Below, piece by piece: positions 25,426-27,192 of a DNA stretch of 27,192 nt. The notes under the pieces are model-generated. The model did not search any database and was not told the DNA's origin. It was given only the letters and a program-made list of their open reading frames with translations. How positions within the stretch are numbered: position 1 is the first letter of the stretch; the number at the start of each line of letters is the position of its first letter. The DNA lies in the IMG/VR virus record IMGVR_UViG_3300044676_009542, positions 1 through 27,192 of that record. One strand, 5' to 3'. The position numbers and the translations under genes were made by a program. Source of the DNA: a virus. Its lineage: Duplodnaviria > Caudoviricetes.

Positions 25426-27192
25426 ATGGGAATGGGAGGCTCTGCACCACCACCCCCAGCAGCGTCACAGGTTCAATCAACAACTTCAGAGTTTCCTGAT
25501 GAATTGAAACCTTATATCGAAGATATATTAGAACGTGCTAAGACTAGGGCTGAAGCTAGAGATGAAGCTGGGTTTCAAGTATTTCCCGGTCCAAGACTTG
25601 CTGACTTTACAGCTGAACAACAAGCTGCCCAACAAGGTATTACAGGTCTTGTAGATGCTGGTATATCTTCTGATCCTGCTCTTGCTTCAGCTAAAACTTA
25701 TATAGCTCCTGCCCTTGGTGCAACTCTAGCATCTCAACAAAGTTTTACTCCTGAAGCTGTACAACAATACATGTCTCCATATATGCAGTCAGTAGTAGAT
25801 ATACAGAAGAGAGAAGCTGAACGTAAAGGAGCATCCCAACTTCAAGATATTGCTGCACAAGGAGCAGCTACAGGTGGTTTTGGTGGTTCTAGACAAGCTA
25901 TTCTAGAAGCAGAACAGATGCGTAATGAAGCACAACTACTTTCTGATATTCAAAAAACAGGTTCACAAAGTGCATTTGAACAAGCTGCTGGTCAGTTTGA
26001 AAGAGAAAGAGCTAGAAACCTTTCAGGTGGACAACAGTTTGCAGGTCTAGCTGAACTTGCTCCACGACTGGCAACTGCAGAACTTGGTGCATTGTCTGGT
26101 GTAGGTGCACAAAAACAACAGCAACAACAACGTGCAACTGATATTGCATATCAACAGTTCTTAGAAGAACAGCAATATCCAGAACGTGTACTACAAGAGT
26201 ATAGTTCTATTATTCGTGGTTTTCCTCTTACACCTAATGTCTTTGAGGTAAGCCAAACATCAACACCGCCACCTAATTTAGCTACTCAAGTAACTGGCTT
26301 ACTTGGTGCAGGTGCATCAGGTTATAAAGCTTTTGGTAATAAAGGTGGTGGTATTGCATCATTACCTTTAAAGAAAGTACCTGCAGGTAATAAAGGACTT
26401 CAAGCTCTAAAGAAGAAAGCTCCTGATGTTGTAAAGAAGATGGGCTTCGCACAAGCTAGTACAGCTGTTGGAGCAATGCCAACTCAACAATATATTAATA
26501 CTGGTAAAGGGGGTAATCCTATACCAGTTCCCCCACTTCAAGGACTTCAATCTGATAGAAAAGCACTTAAAGATAAAATTGCAGAGTTACTTGCTGCTCA
26601 AGAGGCTAATCGTGAAAAAAGAAAAGAGTCTACAGAACAGGATAAAGCTTTAGGATTAATGCAAGGTTTTCTAAAAATGGCTGAAGCAGGTGGAGAAGGA
26701 AAAGGTATTGTCGATGGTCTAGTTGCAGGTTCTCAAGTAGCTTTACCTGATATACAAGCTGCAATGAAAGAAGGTCGTGGTATTGATCGTGAGATGGATG
26801 CTGAAGCTTTAAAACTAGCTACACTTCAAGGTGAAATTAGTGGACAAGAGTTTGCTGAAAACTTAGCATTAATAAAAGAAATTAATGCACAAAAAACTGC
26901 TAACGCTAAATTAGCTGCTGAACTTGGTGTTAATATACTTAAATTTGATAGAGCTATTAATGATACAGTTACCAGTGTTCTTGGACAAGAATTAAATACT
27001 CTTGATCCTAGATTTTCATCAAGAATTTTACAAGCACAACAATTAGCTATTAATGAAGCAGGTAGTGTAGGTGAAGAAAAAGCATTAGAAAATTATAAAG
27101 CAAGACTTAAACGAATTACAAAAGCTATTAGTGCTGCAACTGGTTCATCAGGACCATTACCTGATGCTGATGGAGATACAAGTCTTTCTGAA
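25426..27192 (+). CDS. DNA transfer / ejection protein, 3'-truncated (at least 589 aa; not in ORF track)
   Basis: AAGGAG RBS; manual translation has no stop to the window end: MGMGGSAPPPP..., YMSPYMQSVVD, GGFGGSRQAILEAE; Gln/Ala/Gly-rich helical. Confidence 0.85.
   Translation, partial: MGMGGSAPPPPAASQVQSTTSEFPDELKPYIEDILERAKTRAEARDEAGFQVFPGPRLADFTAEQQAAQQGITGLVDAGISSDPALASAKTYIAPALGATLASQQSFTPEAVQQYMSPYMQSVVDIQKREAERKGASQLQDIAAQGAATGGFGGSRQAILEAEQMRNEAQLLSDIQKTGSQSAFEQAAGQFERERARNLSGGQQFAGLAELAPRLATAELGALSGVGAQKQQQQQRATDIAYQQFLEEQQYPERVLQEYSSIIRGFPLTPNVFEVSQTSTPPPNLATQVTGLLGAGASGYKAFGNKGGGIASLPLKKVPAGNKGLQALKKKAPDVVKKMGFAQASTAVGAMPTQQYINTGKGGNPIPVPPLQGLQSDRKALKDKIAELLAAQEANREKRKESTEQDKALGLMQGFLKMAEAGGEGKGIVDGLVAGSQVALPDIQAAMKEGRGIDREMDAEALKLATLQGEISGQEFAENLALIKEINAQKTANAKLAAELGVNILKFDRAINDTVTSVLGQELNTLDPRFSSRILQAQQLAINEAGSVGEEKALENYKARLKRITKAISAATGSSGPLPDADGDTSLSE

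Noticed and set aside
30-25483. All minus-strand ORFs in the track (e.g. 30-344, 4030-4389, 12083-12367, 14247-14663, 18052-18534, 20710-21069)
   Set aside because: They lie antisense to well-supported plus-strand genes and have no recognisable motifs; shadow ORFs
5673-26653. Alternate-frame plus-strand ORFs 5673-5906, 7362-7544, 7845-8210, 8490-8672, 26468-26653
   Set aside because: Nested in scaffold, capsid or ejection genes with composition expected from frame-shifted reading; 26468-26653 lies inside the long open ORF starting at 25426
1-27192. tRNA, rRNA, integrase, transposon, intron/intein or small terminase
   Set aside because: No supporting motifs seen; intergenic gaps are short and explained by RBS, promoter or terminator elements

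Overview
AT-rich, tightly packed, all-plus-strand virion morphogenesis region of a tailed dsDNA phage, most likely a podovirus-type phage of an aquatic proteobacterium (host is inference only). Gene order: iscU (Fe-S scaffold, overlapping terL), terminase large subunit, portal, two small ORFs, GroES-like co-chaperonin, scaffold, two head genes, major capsid protein, terminator, head-tail adaptor, a 3.4 kb cluster of 12 mostly small Lys/Arg-rich ORFs (five missed by the ORF track), second adaptor, Zn-finger protein, repeat-rich tail fibre, accessory block (tip protein, ring-hydroxylating oxygenase alpha-like protein, membrane proteins, fibre chaperone), second fibre, nozzle, and ejection proteins (last ORF runs off the end). 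Most notable: (1) a Rieske-oxygenase alpha subunit that lacks the Rieske [2Fe-2S] ligand segment but keeps the mononuclear iron site; (2) a set of protamine-like microproteins with shared Gly-Gly motifs, one copying the capsid protein N-terminus; (3) an unannotated metallothionein-like peptide; (4) apparent CCWGG avoidance, seen in all 10 Pro-Gly codon pairs. Family assignments come from motif recognition and synteny, not database searches.
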